DNA from: Chiloscyllium plagiosum
Taxonomy: Eukaryota
Direction of reading: 5' to 3'
DNA: 39,254 nt
Assembly (NCBI RefSeq): GCF_004010195.1
Contig: NW_025214117.1
Coordinates: 1-39,254, forward strand
Part shown: positions 1-13,550 of the stretch, piece after piece
Layout: each line of letters begins with the position of its first letter
Numbering within the stretch: position 1 is the first letter of the stretch
The notes under the pieces: model-generated
Databases searched by the model: none
What the model saw: the letters and a program-made list of their open reading frames with translations, nothing else
Told to the model about the DNA's origin: nothing
Translations under genes and position numbers: made by a program

Positions 1-190
1 TTGACAGGGGGTCGGTGGTGGGATGGGGGCTCACATGGACTGTGCTGTTGCTAGTCTCCTGAACGGGGAGCAGGCTTAATAGAAAACTCTGAGCCCCAGA
101 GGAAAGGCATTGAATCAATTAACCAAAGAATCAATTATCTAAACAATGTAGCGCCCGCCCATCTCTTTCGGATAATCGAGGTTCCCTGTA
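1..190. mobile_element. Right end of a Tigger/pogo-like (Tc1-mariner) non-autonomous DNA transposon, in the last VPS39 intron
   Basis: Ends TCGGATAATCGAGGTTCCCTG-TA; the reverse complement TA-CAGGGAACCTCGATTATCCGA has the TA target + CAG..CCTCG form of Tigger TIRs. The left TIR is outside the window. Confidence 0.6.
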
Positions 191-518
191 TTTAGAATGC
201 TCATGTTTTTCTTGTGTGTCATTGTTTTAGCTTTAACAGGGTAGATCATTATTCAGGATATGGATGAATTCTTCTAATTCTGCTTCTGTATCCAAATACC
301 CTGTACGTCAACAGTAATGTGTAATGTTGTTCCATGAAAGTATCATTTAACAAATGAGCTAATGAGAATTAAAAGATTGCTGGAAAATCAAATCTAGCCC
401 TCAAGCGGACCCCTCAAATATATTTTGTACCTGATTCCAGCCCTAGTTCAGAGATTAGATACATCTTGTATTTTACAGAAAATTTGCTCTTATGCCTACT
501 CATGCTATTTTTAAGCTG

Positions 519-1770
519 TTAGAACATTACAGCGCAGTACAGGCTCTTTGGCCCTCGATGTTGCGCCAACCTGTGGAACCGATCTGAAGCCCATCGAACC
601 TACACTATTCCATTCTCTTCCATGTGCCTATCCAATAGCCATTTGAATGCCCTTAAAGTTGGCGAGTCTACAACTGTTGAAGGCATAGCATTCCATGTCC
701 CTATTACTCTCTGAATAAAGAAACTACCTCTGACATCCGACTTATATCTATCACCCCTCAATTTAAAGCTATGTCCCCTCATGCTCGCCATGGCTGTCTG
801 AGGAAAAGGCTCTCAATGTCCAACCTGTTTTAAACTTCTGATTATCTTGTATGTCTCAATCAAGTCACCTCTCCAATGAAAACAGCCTCAAGTCCCTCTT
901 AAGACCTTTCCTCCATACCAGGCAACATCCGAGTAAATCTCCTCCGAACCCTTTCCAAAGCTTCCATATCCTTCCTATAATGCAGTGACCAGAACTGTAC
1001 ACAATACTCCAAAGGTGGCCACACCAGGGTTTTGTACAACTGCAGCATGAACTCATGGTTCCGAAACTCAATCTCTTCCAATAAAAGCTAACACACCGTA
1101 TGCCTGCTCAACAAACCTATCAATCTGGGTGGCAACTTTCAAGGATCTATGTACCTGGACACAGATCTCTCTGCTCATCTACACTACCAAGAATCCTACC
1201 ATTAGCCAAGTATTCTGCATTCCTGTTCCTCCTTCCAAAGTGAATCACCCCACACTTTCCATATTAAACTCTATTTGCCACCTCTCAGCCTAGCTCTGCA
1301 GCTTATCCATGTCTCTCTGTAACCTACAGCATCCTTTGTCACTATCCACAACTCTACTGACCTTAGTGTCATCTGCAAATTTACAAACCCATCCTTCTAT
1401 GCCCTCAGCCAGGTCATTTATAAAAATGACACTCAGTAGACCCAAAACAGATCATTGCAGTACCCCACTAGTAACTGAACTCCAGGATGAATATTTTCCA
1501 TCAACCTCTGCGTATGTACATATCCCTTTCCACCACTAAAGTAAACATAACTGAATTGTGGTCATTATCACCAACCTCACCTACCTCCAAATCTAACACC
1601 TGGCCAGGTTCGTTACCCAGTACCAAATCTAATGTAGCCTCACCCCTTGTTGTCCTGCCTACATACTGTGTCAGGAGACCCTCCTGCACACACTGGACAA
1701 AAACTGACCCATCCAAAGCACTTGAACTATAGTATTCCTAGTCAAATTTGGAAAGTTAAAGTCCCCCATG
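519..1770 (-). mobile_element. CR1-clade LINE (HER1-like), 5'-truncated, with an internal deletion
   Basis: Minus-strand ORF2 pieces: MGDFNFP (~1750-1769), TRGEATLDLVLGNEPGQV (endonuclease), KFADDT (~1365-1382), LEYCVQFWS, RGHSFKL...FFIQRV..WN (C-terminus), then a CR1 3' UTR. Endonuclease and RT parts are fused at ~1510-1520. Confidence 0.92.
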
Positions 1771-1814
1771 TTGATTTGCCTAGTTATTTATATTTGTTTT
1801 TGTATCTTCTACAG

Positions 1815-1896
1815 TGCTTTTGCTCGTTACCCGAATGGGGTTGTGGTCCATTATTTCTGTTGCAAAGACCGCAAGGTTTGTCCCACAGAGGCATAG
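1815..1896 (+). CDS. VPS39: VPS39 (Vam6, HOPS complex subunit), last coding exon
   Basis: Polypyrimidine tract + ACAG acceptor ending at 1814; one leftover base, then AFARYPNGVVVHYFCCKDRKVCPTEA-TAG (stop 1894-1896), matching the vertebrate VPS39 C-terminus SAFARYPNGVVVHYFC. Not in the ORF track as such because it is a spliced exon. Confidence 0.95.
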
Positions 1897-2997
1897 ATGT
1901 GACCAGTCAAAATCAGAATGCAAGACCCTCCTGTGTTCTCAAAGTCGACATTTGAACAAGATGAACTTTCAGATAGGTGGTCTGACTCTCTTAGAGGATG
2001 AGGGGGCAGATGGTATGCACTGTGTAATATATTGTTAGTTTCATTAATATTGTGTACAGAAACTGATATTGGCATGGATGCTCTATACTTACATTTGTGA
2101 ATTGCTGAGAAACTGGAAGCTAATTTCTGTGTACAGTTGTATATTTGATCTTTGCCATTTCCAGAAAATAGTTGCACTACATCCAGAGAGTCTGAAAGAG
2201 CACTGTCTCAGTGCTTCAAGTTTTTTTTAAAGACTCTGTTTTTGGACTTCTCTAGAGATTAAATTCCTGATGAAGAGGTGTGACGTTTTGAGGGTTTTCC
2301 TCAAATCTTCTGTTCAGATTGTTATTTCACCCTTTATTTGCACCTTGCATTTATTATGAGTGTTGTGTGCCTTGTTCTAACATGCAAAAAAAACTAAGCT
2401 TTCATAGTGGCGCATTATGTATATAAGTAACATGTTCATGACTAGTATGGACTCAATTCCATGCTGTACCATTTGTCTTATGACAGTATTGAAGCCACGC
2501 AGCTCATCTGATGATTTCTCTAATTTGGAATCTTGAATCCATATATGTTAACAACATTGGGTGTATCTTGTAACTTATCTTCACACGTGCTTAGAAGTCT
2601 AGTTTGAATTGAAGGAATAATTTTATTGCACAAAATACCACTTTATATTTCTTTCACTTTTAAATCTCACTTATTAAAGTAACTTGTAATTTGAAGTACA
2701 AGACCAATCCCCGCCTCTTTGGCTGGGAAGCAATTTTGTAGTTGCACTTGATTTGATTCCCTTCATCATCTGCCTGTCTGAATTGAAAGAAGAAACAAAA
2801 CCCAAGGATTTTTAACTGCTGATTGCCAGTATTTGAAGTGGAAATTCTGAGTGTATGAATGCCAGATAAGACTATGACTAAGCTCAGTGGTGATCCTCTG
2901 CACCTTTCCTCCAGAACTATTGGGCAAAAATCACTACCCAGGCAATATGAATGATCTACCAGAGGACTATGGGACTGCTGCAATCTTGTTTTTTGGT

Positions 2998-3218
2998 TAC
3001 AGTCAGTTCTACTGTAATGCATGTTTCTTCAATGCGAATTGGCTTTAACGCGATTGAAGAATTTAGACCATTATTTGTAGAAAGCAAACTTTCCTAACCT
3101 GTACTGGGTATAATGCGACCCCAGCCCATTCGTTTAAATGGCGCTGCTACTATGAGTTTTTCTTATAACGTGGGATCGCATGGAAACAGAACTATGTGTT
3201 ACATCAGAACTGACTGTA
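2998..3218. mobile_element. Tigger/pogo-like MITE (~220 bp)
   Basis: TA-CAGTCAGTTCT ... AGAACTGACTG-TA terminal inverted repeats with TA target duplication; CpG-rich interior, no ORF. Confidence 0.85.
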
Positions 3219-3758
3219 GTAATGACTAAAAAGGTAAATTTTAAACAGTATTCAAAATGAATAGGAATATTCTTGTGTATCTGGCTAAATGCAGTTGGTG
3301 ATGTCTGGTTGTCAAAATGAATTTGTTCCAGTATAAATCCTGTTGAGTGCTAAGCACCAAGTTTGAATTTTAATATTTAGCGGATGGTTAGATTTTGGAA
3401 ATGAGTTTATAGTTTTGTTTCAAAAAATGTTGCTATTTCTAAAGTGGAAGATTTTGAAAATTGTCTTTCTGCACATTCCCATCTGAATCCTATTCATGCC
3501 ATCTATTCCAATGAGCTGGGATACTGTAAAATCACGTAAATACTGATCAATTATTTGCTTTTGACAACACTTTTAAGAACAGTATGTGGAAACAAAAGTT
3601 GAAGACTAGAAAATGGAGTTTGAAGAAGTAATTTGGTATTGATTATTCAAAGGATCCTGATAGTAAGCCTCAAGGGTACAAAACATCCATGTCAGTTTTG
3701 CATGTCAGATTTTCAGTACACTATTCTGAATTGTTATGTTGATCCTAAATTTAGGATT

Positions 3759-4142
3759 AATGTAGGTACTCGAGTAATAGTCAAATTTTTTCGACGACCT
3801 TTTAAGATTATATTCATGCCTGTCAAAATTCATACCATATTGTTAGCAGAAGCCCAACTATCTCTAAACGAATAAAGAAAAATGAACAACGAATTACAGT
3901 AATTCTGAAAACCCGAAGTGGAACACAACAGCCAGCGGGCTAGAAGACTGGGAACATAGCGAAACAACCGGCAGACTGGAAAGCTGGAGTGGGACGTGAC
4001 GACGAGCACACTGATTCATCTGTTATCTATGAAGAACTACGGTCGACTTTTGCATGAGATATGTGGAAAATTCCAGATTATTTGGCCAAAGATAGGGGGT
4101 TGACTTTTACATGAGAGCGACAATACTCGAGTATATACGTTA
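3759..4142. mobile_element. pogo/Tigger-like MITE (~380 bp)
   Basis: Degenerate inverted ends built on TACTCGAGTA (left ..GTAGGTACTCGAGTAATAGTC, right ..ATACTCGAGTATATACG); CpG-rich interior. Confidence 0.65.
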
Positions 4143-4505
4143 ATTCCTAATGGCCTGCTTGCATTATTGCATTTCAACTTGGAGCCCCCAAGTTAAAAAA
4201 TAGAAAATAGACCGAAGCTTGCTTGCATGGCAAACCTCCATAAAATTATCAGCTGGACAAAGGAAAAACAGGCAGGTTAAGGAAGTTGTGGATATCAATA
4301 TACTGAATTCTGTCTTCTGGAGAACAAACAAAAGTCCAGACTGACCAGAGATCTGCATCATGTCTAAATGTTGGAGTGCTCACCTACTTAAATGGGGATA
4401 ATATCTGGAAGAACAGAAATAATTTGGAGGGCAGAGATAAGGAATTAATCATGGATAAAATATTTAAATGGACTGTTTGTGCAACAGATGACATCACATT
4501 AACAA

Positions 4506-5394
4506 TACAACAAGTCCTCATTTAAAGTTGTGTAGGGTTCCTGAAAATGATAACTTTCAGTGAAACATTGTTGCAGTTGGGTTTCGCCAGACCTATTTTA
4601 TCAGAGCAAAACAATTATACCAAGTTTAAATATTTTACATTACTAAATTTCTACATTGGTGAATGAAATAATGTATAAAAAGATGAACAATAAAAATGTA
4701 ACTTGCTACTTATAGTACCTTCTTTTCACCAGTATTCCTGCTTCCTAACCCTTCTGCTCCTTTTCCTCCTGGTTGGTCCAGACCCTTCGTGAGTCATGGC
4801 CTCTGACCTTTTGCTCTGACCACTTCTCCTGGTTTACGTTCCCACTCAAGATCCAGAAGCTGGAGCTGCAGTGTTATCGAAGTGAGAGTCCTGATTGTTC
4901 AGATGTGCTGGGGCTTTTGCAGTATTTTTTCAAATGCTCCCACTTGTGTCTCCTTAACCCTCACCTTGAGCATGGTTTGGGAGAAGGCAGGAGCAGCTTT
5001 GAAAATAATTTGATGATCACATGAATTACAAAAGACCCAACATCTCTCAACCATAGGTGCTTGCTTCCATAATATCAGACCTTCAGTTTTGGATCAAATC
5101 TGGATCATGAATGGGAATGCAGAGATGTAAGTAGAGCATGGGTGAGCTAAGGAGTGAGAATAAGGTTATAACCCATAGGTTGACAAGTGGGGAGAAGCCA
5201 TCACCTGTAGCTTCAAGGTGGAGAAAGGGGACAACTCTGAGGACAAGGAGCAAATGCAGTGTCAATAGTTTCGTGCAGGAATCAATGTTAAAACAAATCT
5301 TGCAATGCTGAACAGGATGATGGGCCCGATTAACTTTCTGACATTAAAGTGAAATTATATTGAACAGGGTAACTTTAAATGAGGTCTTTCTGTA
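4506..5394. mobile_element. Tigger-like non-autonomous DNA transposon (~890 bp)
   Basis: Left end TACAACAAGTCCTCATTTAAAGTT versus reverse complement of right end TACAGAAAGACCTCATTTAAAGTT (21/24 identical), TA at both ends. Confidence 0.75.
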
Positions 5395-7881
5395 TTACAT
5401 TAAGCACCATGCAAAGAATAAAGGAAGTTGATTGAATAGTGATGATTAGGCACCAATTTTTAAAAATTTAACGGTGACACGGAGAATGTGGCAGCTTGAT
5501 ATTGCTTTCTATATTTACTGAATTTGGATCTGTGTGTTCATGTTTGAATGTGATTAATTTTTCTGTGTTTCATTTTTGTACTTCAAGTTGTCCAGTATAT
5601 GCTTGTGAATAAGAATTTTTTATTAACTATCCAGAATGAAGCATCGATGGCCGAGTGGAATTCAGCTCTGACTGGGTCTTGACTTTCATTTTTTGCAATC
5701 AATAGAATTTTGAATTTAGTTGGGATGACTTCCATTTGGTTATACATGTTTGCATATTCACCAAGGAAAACTTCATTATTTACAATAAATTGATATTTGT
5801 TTGTTTATTTTGAAAGGTCCTGTAAAAAAACACTTATACTAAACAAGCTAAAGTGGAATTTCTGGATAGAGAGAATGCATTTGTTTTCCCAGGACTGTTT
5901 GCATGTTATTGTGACCATTACGATCCCTATATCTGCCACATCTGTGTTTTTGCAGCAAAAGTAAAAGTTGGGTAATGTTATTGCCTAATCTGCTAAATTT
6001 CTGACTAATTAAAATATAGTGCTCCTTTTTACCTGAAATCTGTCTGAACATAGATAATTTTTAAAACCTTTCCTCTTCCTGAGAGAAATCAAAAGTTGGT
6101 CATTCAAGGTCACTGACTTTTAAGGTTACGTTTAGTACCACATTAGTATTTTTCCTGTGCCTCCCCTCCCAAGTAAAAGATAGAATATTGAAATTCTAGG
6201 CACCTCATTGGTAGAAATAGTTTGTGTTCTTACCTCAAGATTTGATTGTTGTATTTACAAAACCTTCCAATTCTGCAATTGATTTGTGCTTGACTTGTGA
6301 AGTAAGCCTGTGTTCGGTAAAGTGATCGCATCTAATACAATTTTGGGACAGGATAAGACTAGATCATAGTCTACGTATAGGGATTTTCATTATTCCAATG
6401 GGCAAATATGCAACCAATAATCATAATTAGGTTCACATATGAATTATGCCTCCATATCTAAGTATTGGAGAACAGTTGGCACCTGTGAATCCGCACTTCT
6501 ACATTAGTGCCTTCAGTACATGATGGAAGTAAGCAAGGTGGTACAAGTACTTATAAACCATAAGTTACAGCTTAGTTTTGCTGTAGTTAATGTTGTGAAT
6601 ATTGCCATAATTGTTTCTCTCCCAGTTCCTCCACTGAACAATAGCTGTCAACCTCTTCTCACAGCAGGTCTCACCAAATGTAAACTGAAGTTGACTCTTC
6701 AACTGCAAAGTGCATGGATGCAGTGGCTGTTAACAGATCTAGTGACTTGAACTTGCAATTTTCTGAATCAAAATATGGGAGTATGAAATATTAATGAAAT
6801 AAAAGACACAATACGATAGAGAAATAACTCACATAGCAGTTTTTAAAAAATGATCTGAAGTGCCTAAATGTGGAGGGGAGAAAAACATTTTCAGCGACTG
6901 CCATCATATTTCTAGTTAGTCTTAACGACTGCACACCATTCTGATTTTCTCTCTTATTGCAAGGCATTGCTATGGAGATATTAAGGAATAAAACTTGAAG
7001 GGAAAATACTGTCAATATTAACAACAGATGCTTTTCAGTTACTTTTGGAAAAATCAACTCCTCTCTGCTCACACTCCAGAATTTCTACATTTTGATAGTG
7101 CTATGTCACACCTAACCTCTAATGATTGAAAAGCTTGTGCACTTTTTAGTCTTTTTAAAAATTAAAGATTTGCTCAACAGCGATTCTGATGACTTCTATA
7201 TTTTGTGTTCGTCTCAAATGCTTTTGTATTATTTTAAGCTATATTTGTACGCTTGTATAAATGAAAATCATTTTTATGTTCCATTTTACTTGTCCTGCTT
7301 TAATGAAAAAAAATAGAAAATGAAATAGCAAAGAATGCTTACGACTCTAAATATTGTTTGGTTATAGAAATGCATTTTTGGAAAATCATGGTATGTGCAT
7401 TTAATGGAATTCTTCATAAGAATATTTAGGTTTGTAGTGTAAGCTGACTTAGGTTCCCTCTTTTGAAACAGAAATTAGAATGCAGTAGCAGCTACAGTAT
7501 CCCTGGCTTTAGGAATGAAAAGCCACCCTGATTATTAACTGTTGACCTGAAAGTGCCCATATGTTAAGATGTCAGTTGAGTGGTGAGGCTTAGCTATAAT
7601 AACGTCTGAAGGCACGTAAACTCTTAAGCACTGATTGACTCCGACTATAAGTGAAGTATGAGAAGGCAGTACATTGTTTACCTAGTTAAGGCCTTAAAAA
7701 GAGGCTAAAAAGAATCTAAACTTGAGATTTAATGCAATGAGCAATTGTTTTCACTCTTTTTCATTGAGAAAAATATTTATTTATGTTATAAGAAATTACT
7801 GGATTAGCATTTACAATAATTTTGACTAGTTGGTTTATTTTTGCCAAATTACACAGCTTTGAATCATATAAATCCAATATG

Positions 7882-10800
7882 GAGTCATAGAGATGTACAG
7901 CATGGAAACAGACCCTTCGGTCCAACCCATCCATGCTGACCAGATATCCCAACCCAATCTAGTCCCACCTACCAGCACCTGACCCATATCCCTCCAAACC
8001 CTTCCTATTCACATACCCATCCAAATGCCTCTTAAATATTGCAATTAAACCAGCCTCCACCACTTCCTCTCGCAGCTCATTCCATACACGTACCACCCTT
8101 TGTGTGAAAAAGTTGCCCCTTAGGTCTCTTTTATATCTATCCCCTGTCACCCTAAACCTATGCCCTGTAGTTCTGGACTCCCCGCCCCAGGGAAAAGACT
8201 TTGCCTATTTACCCTATCCATGCCCCTCATAATTTTGTAAACCTCCATAAGGTCACCCCTCAGCCTCTGCTCCAAGGAAAACAGCCCCCGCCTGTTCAGC
8301 CTCTCCTTTTCGCTCAAATCCTCCAACCCTGGCAGCATCCTTGTAAATCTTTTCTGAACCCTTTCAAGTTTCACAACATCTTTCTGATAGGAAGGAGACC
8401 AGAATTGCACGCAATATTCCAACAATATGTCCTGTACAGCGCAACATGCCCTTCCAACTCATGCACTCAATACTCTGGCCAATAAAGGAAAGCATACCAA
8501 ACGCCGCCTTCACTATCCTATCTACCTGCGACTCCACTTTCAAGGAGCTATGAATCTGCGACTCCAAGGTCTGTTTGTACTGTAACGCTCCCTAGGACCT
8601 TGCCATTAAGTGTATAAGTCCTGCTAAGATTTGCTTTTCCAAAATGCACCACCTTGCATTTATCTGAATTAAATTCCATTTGCCACTTCTCGGCCCATCT
8701 GGTCAAGATCTTGTTGTAATCTGAAGTAACCCTCTCCGCTGTCCACTACACTTCCAATTTTGGTGTCATCTGCAAACTTAGTAACTGTACCTCTTATGCT
8801 CACATCCAAATCATTTATGTAAATTACAAAAAGTTGTGGACCCAGCACCGATCCTTGTGGCACTCCACTGGTCACAGGCCTCCAGTCTGAAAAACAACCC
8901 TCCACCACCACCCTCTGTCTTCTACCTTTGAGCCAGTTCTGTATTCAACTGGCTAGCTTTCCCTGTATTCCGTGAGATCTAACTTTGCTAATCAGTCTTC
9001 CATAGGGAGCCTTGTCGAACACCTTACTGAAGTCCATATAGATCACATCTGCAGCTCTGCCCTCATCAATCCTCTTTGTTACTTCCTCAAAAAACTCAAG
9101 TTTGTGAGACATGAAACCATGTTGACTATCCCTAATCAGTCCTTGCCTTTCCAAATACATATACATCCTGTCCCTCAGGATTCCCTCCAACAACTTGCCC
9201 ACCACCGACATCAGGCTCACTGGTCTATAGTTCCCTGGCTTGTCCTTAACACCCTTCTTAAAGAATGACACCACATTAGCCAACCTCCAGTCTTCCGGCA
9301 CCTCACCTGTGACTATCAATGATACAAATATCTCAGCAAGAGGCCCAGCAATCACTTCTCTAGCTTCCCAAAGAGTTCGAGGGTATACCTGATCAGCTCC
9401 TGAGGATTTATCCACCTTTGTGTTTCAAGACATCCTGCACTTCCTCCTCTGTAATTTGGACATTTTGCAAAGTGTCATTATCTATTTTCCTACAGACTAT
9501 ATCTTCCATATCCTTTTCCACAGAAAATACTGATGCAAAATACTTGTTTAGTATCTCCCCCATTTTCTGCGGCTCCACACAAAGGCCGCCTTGCTGATCT
9601 TTGAGGCACCCTATTTTCTCCCTGGTTACCCTTTTGTTCTTAACGTATTTGTAAAAACCCTTTGGATTCTCCTTAATTCTATTTGCCAAAGCTATCTCAT
9701 GTCCCCGTTTTGCCCTCCTGATTTCTCTCTCAAGTATACTCCTACTGCCTTTATATTCTTCTAAGGATTCACTCGATCTATCCTGTCTGTACTTTACATA
9801 TGCTTCTTCTTTTAACCAAATCCTCCATTTCTTTAGTCATCCAGCATTCCCTATACCTACCAGCCTTTCCTTTCACCCTAACAGAAATATACTTTCTCTG
9901 GATTCTCGTTATCTCATTTCTGAAGGCTTCCCATTTTCCAGCCGTACCTTTACCTGTGAACATCTGCCCCCAATCAGCTTTCGAACGTTCTTGCCTAATA
10001 CGTCAAAATTGGCCTTTCTCTAATTTAGAACTTCAACTTTTAGATCTGGTCTATCCTTTTCCATCACTATTTTAAAACGAATAGAATTATGGTCGCTGGC
10101 CCCAAAGTGCTCCCCCACTGACACCTCAGTCACCTGCCCTGCCTTATTTCCCAAGAGTAGGTCAAGTTTTGCACCTTCTCTAGTAGGTACATCCACATAC
10201 TGAATCAGAAAATTTTCTTGTACAAGCTTAACAAATTCCTCTCCATCTAAACCCTTAACACTATGGTAGTCTCAATCTATATTTGGAAAGTTAAAATCCC
10301 CTACCATAACCACCCTATTATTCTTACAGATAGCTGAGATCTCCTCACAAATTTGTTTCTCAATTTTCCTCTGACTATTAGGAGATCTATAATACAATCC
10401 CAGTAAGGTGATCATCCTTTCTTATTTTTCAGTTCCACCCAAATAACTTCCCTGGATGTATTTCCAGGAATATCCCCCCTCAGCACAGCTGTAATGCTAT
10501 CCCTTATCGAAAACACCACTCCCCCTCCTCTCTTGCTTCCCATTCTATCCTTCGTGAAGCATTTGTGTTCTGGAACATTAAGCTGCCAGTCCTGCCCATC
10601 CCTGAGCTATTTTTCTGTAATTGCTATGATATCCCAGTCCAATGTTCCTAACCATGCCCTGAGTTCATCTGCCTTCCCTGTTAGGCCCCTTGCATTGAAA
10701 TAAATGCAGTTTAATTTATTAGTCCTACCTTGTCCCTGCCTGCCCTGACGGCTGTTTGACTCACTTCTGGTCTCAACTGTACCAGTCTCGGATTGACCTC

Positions 10801-11486
10801 TTTCCTCACTATCTCCCTGGGTCCCACCCACCCACCACCTTACTAGTTTAAATCCTCCCAAGCAGCTCCAGCAAATTTCCCTCCTATTATATTCGTCCCC
10901 TTTCAATTTAGGTGCAATCTGTCCTCCTTGTACAGGTCATTTCTACCCCAAAAGAGATTGCAATCATCCAAAAATGTGAATCCTTCTCCCATACACCAGC
11001 TCCTCAGCCATGCATTCATCTCCTCTATCCTCCAATTCCTGCTCTCACTAGCTTGTAGCACCAGGAGTAATCCAGGTATTACTACTCTTGAGCACCTTTT
11101 TAAGTTCCTACCTAACTCTCTGTAATCTCCCTTCAGACTCTCTACCTTTTCCCTTTTTATGTCATTGGTTCCAATGTGGACAATGACCTCTTGCTGGCCC
11201 CTCTCCCCCGTGAGAACATTCTGCACCCTCTCAGAGACATCCTTGATCCTGGCACCAGGAAGCAACACGCCATTCTGCTTTTTCGCTGCTGGCCACAGAA
11301 ACATTTGTCTATACCCCAGACTAGAGAATCCCCTAACACAATTGATCTCTTGGAATCCGACATACCCCTTGTTGCATTAGAGCCAGTCTCGATACCAGAA
11401 ACTTGGCTATTCGTGCTACGCTCCCCTGAGACTCCATTCCCCCACCCCCACCCCCACATTTTCCAAAACAGCATATTTGTTTGAAA
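7882..11486 (-). mobile_element. CR1-clade LINE, ~3.6 kb, partial ORF1 (SGNH/GDSL esterase type) plus disrupted ORF2 (APE endonuclease + RT)
   Basis: ORF1 motifs VLGDSL, PGARIKDV, VHIGTNDI; ORF2 motifs CIYFNARGL..DIIAITE, NYRPVSL, DFSKVFDK, GVPQGSVLGP, KFADDTK, FFTQRVVRVWN; 3' UTR ending CTCTATGACTC. Multiple frameshifts and stops. Confidence 0.96.
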
Positions 11487-11840
11487 TATCTTCAGTTAAC
11501 TTGCATGCTGAGAGGTTGCTTGCCAGCCATGCTGTTGCTCTCGAATAAAGGTAAGATGATGGCATGCAGCATGTTAATTAGCAAACAGACCATTTTTTGG
11601 ATTGTTTTGCAATGTTTTTTTAAATCAGTTGGCAAAGAGCAGTGCTGTTGATGTGAACTTCTGCTAAATAGCAATAGACTGGATGGTGGATTCCTGATCT
11701 TTCATGGGGGAATTGAAGTCTGGTAGTAATAATGTCTCCAAGTAGAGAATATCCGATTGGAGGACAAACCTAAATATATCTAGTCTTTTGCTCCATACTG
11801 TACTTTCTCATGGCAATTTAGCACAGCTTAAGTTTAACTT

Positions 11841-12244
11841 AGAAGTTTAGAAGATTAGGGGGAGATCTAATAGAAACTTACAAGATAATACATGACTTGG
11901 AAAGGGTGGATGCTAGGAAATTGTTTCCGTTAGGCGAGGAGACTAGGACCCGTGGACACAGCCTTAGAATTAGAGGGGGTAAATTCAGAACAGAAATGCG
12001 GAGACATTTCTTCAGCCAGAGTGTGGTGGGCCTGTGGAATTCATTGCCACAGAGTGCAGTGGAGGCTGGGACGCTAAATGTCTTCAAGGCAGAAATTGAT
12101 AAATTCTTGATGTTACAAGGAATTAAGGGCTACGGGGAGAATGCGGGTAAGTGGAGTTGAAATGCCCATCAGCCATGATTGAATGGCGGAGTGGACTCAA
12201 TGGGCCGAATGGCCTTACTTCCGCTCCTATGTCTTATGGTCTTA
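11841..12244 (+). mobile_element. CR1 LINE 3' fragment (different subfamily)
   Basis: TRTRGHSLRIRGGKFRTEMRRHFFSQSVVGLWNSLP plus 3' UTR hairpin GGCC-GAAT-GGCC and TCTTATGGTCTTA tail; possible TTAACT target duplication (11834-39 / 12242-47). Confidence 0.9.
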
Positions 12245-12911
12245 ACTCTATAAGTAGTTCACTCAGATAAGTATTTGGTCAACATTGAGGGCAGTAAATT
12301 TTAGAATAAACTAACCATAAACCTAAACAAACTGAAGGGGAGGAATAGTATAGACATGAAACCAGCTATCAACATAAGTTTGAATGTATCTTGGAAATGA
12401 TATGAGTGGCTGGAAAGTAGGTGCAATCTCAGAAGTTTTAAGGTACTGTGCCGCTGTGCCACTGACCAAGTGGACTGAACTGCAGTCCCCTCCCAGAATT
12501 GGCTGGGATGCTTCAATTTCAAAGCCTATAAGCAAAAGAAAGGGCTAGCAGTCAAGATTCTCAGTCATGTCCACTATTTCTGCTATGTAAATGACTCAAT
12601 TCTTAGTCAGTTCTTTGAGCTGTTCTTCCATAAATAGCCTGATGACATTCAGTTCTGTGTTCACAAGTTAAACAATGCCCACCTTTGTGATTACAGGATT
12701 GTACTGGTTCCCATGTGGCTTTATTGCCTGCAAATGTTAGAAACTTCAATGAAAAAAGCTGGAAAATTTGCAAGGAAATGGGAAGAAAATATCTGCCTTT
12801 GATCCTGCATCAGAATATCACAATTAGCAGGAAATGGAAAAAATAAACAATATCCTGTGTCTCTGTTGGTACTATTTTAGCTGGTTTTGGTTATGTATAT
12901 AAGTCATGCAG

Positions 12912-13195
12912 CACTGTAGCATAATGGTTATATTACTGAATAGCACAGAAGTGTGGATTATTGATCTGGATATATGAGTTCAAGTCCCACCATACCAACT
13001 GGGGAATTGAAATTTAGTTAATTATGTAAAGCTAGAATTAAATAAAGCTATTATTAATAATGGTGATCATGTCATTAAAAATGTCTGGTTTTGCTGTGCT
13101 GTTCAGGGAATGAAATCTGGCATTCTCACTCACTTTGGCTTTCAAATTATTTTAGACCAACAGCAGTATAGTGCTGCCCTCTGAAATAGTCAGTT
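12912..13195 (+). mobile_element. Old tRNA-headed SINE-like repeat
   Basis: A-box-like TAGCATAATGG and B-box-like AGTTCAAGTCC, followed by a body resembling a common shark repeat (recognised from memory); heavily diverged. Confidence 0.45.
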
Positions 13196-13550
13196 ATAAT
13201 AAACTGCTATGAAAATGTCTAATAAGAATAAACCAATTGATCTGAGGGTTGGAACAGTTTAGAAGTCAATGAAAAAAAACTATAGGGTTGATTCAGAAGG
13301 AGAAAATACAGTATGAGTATAAACCTGCAGAAAGGATAAGAACTGACTGTAAAAGTTTCTGTAAGCATGTAAAGAGAAAAATATGTCCCTGATAGAAACA
13401 GATAAACAATGGGGAACACAAATGGCTGACAAGCTACTAAATTCATACTTCGCTTCTGTCTTTTCACAAAGGAGGGCACAAGTAATGTACTGGAAATTAT
13501 GGGGAACGCAGGGTTTAGTGAGAGGGAGACTGAAGCAAATCTGTATTAAT

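Larger units (their letters stand above)
1897..5810 (+). other. VPS39: Probable VPS39 3' UTR (end point uncertain)
   Basis: T/TG-rich sequence after the stop. AATAAA at 5784-5789 is followed by a GT/T-rich tract; earlier ATTAAA/AATAAA candidates also exist (2673, 3871, 4689, 5417). Confidence 0.4.
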
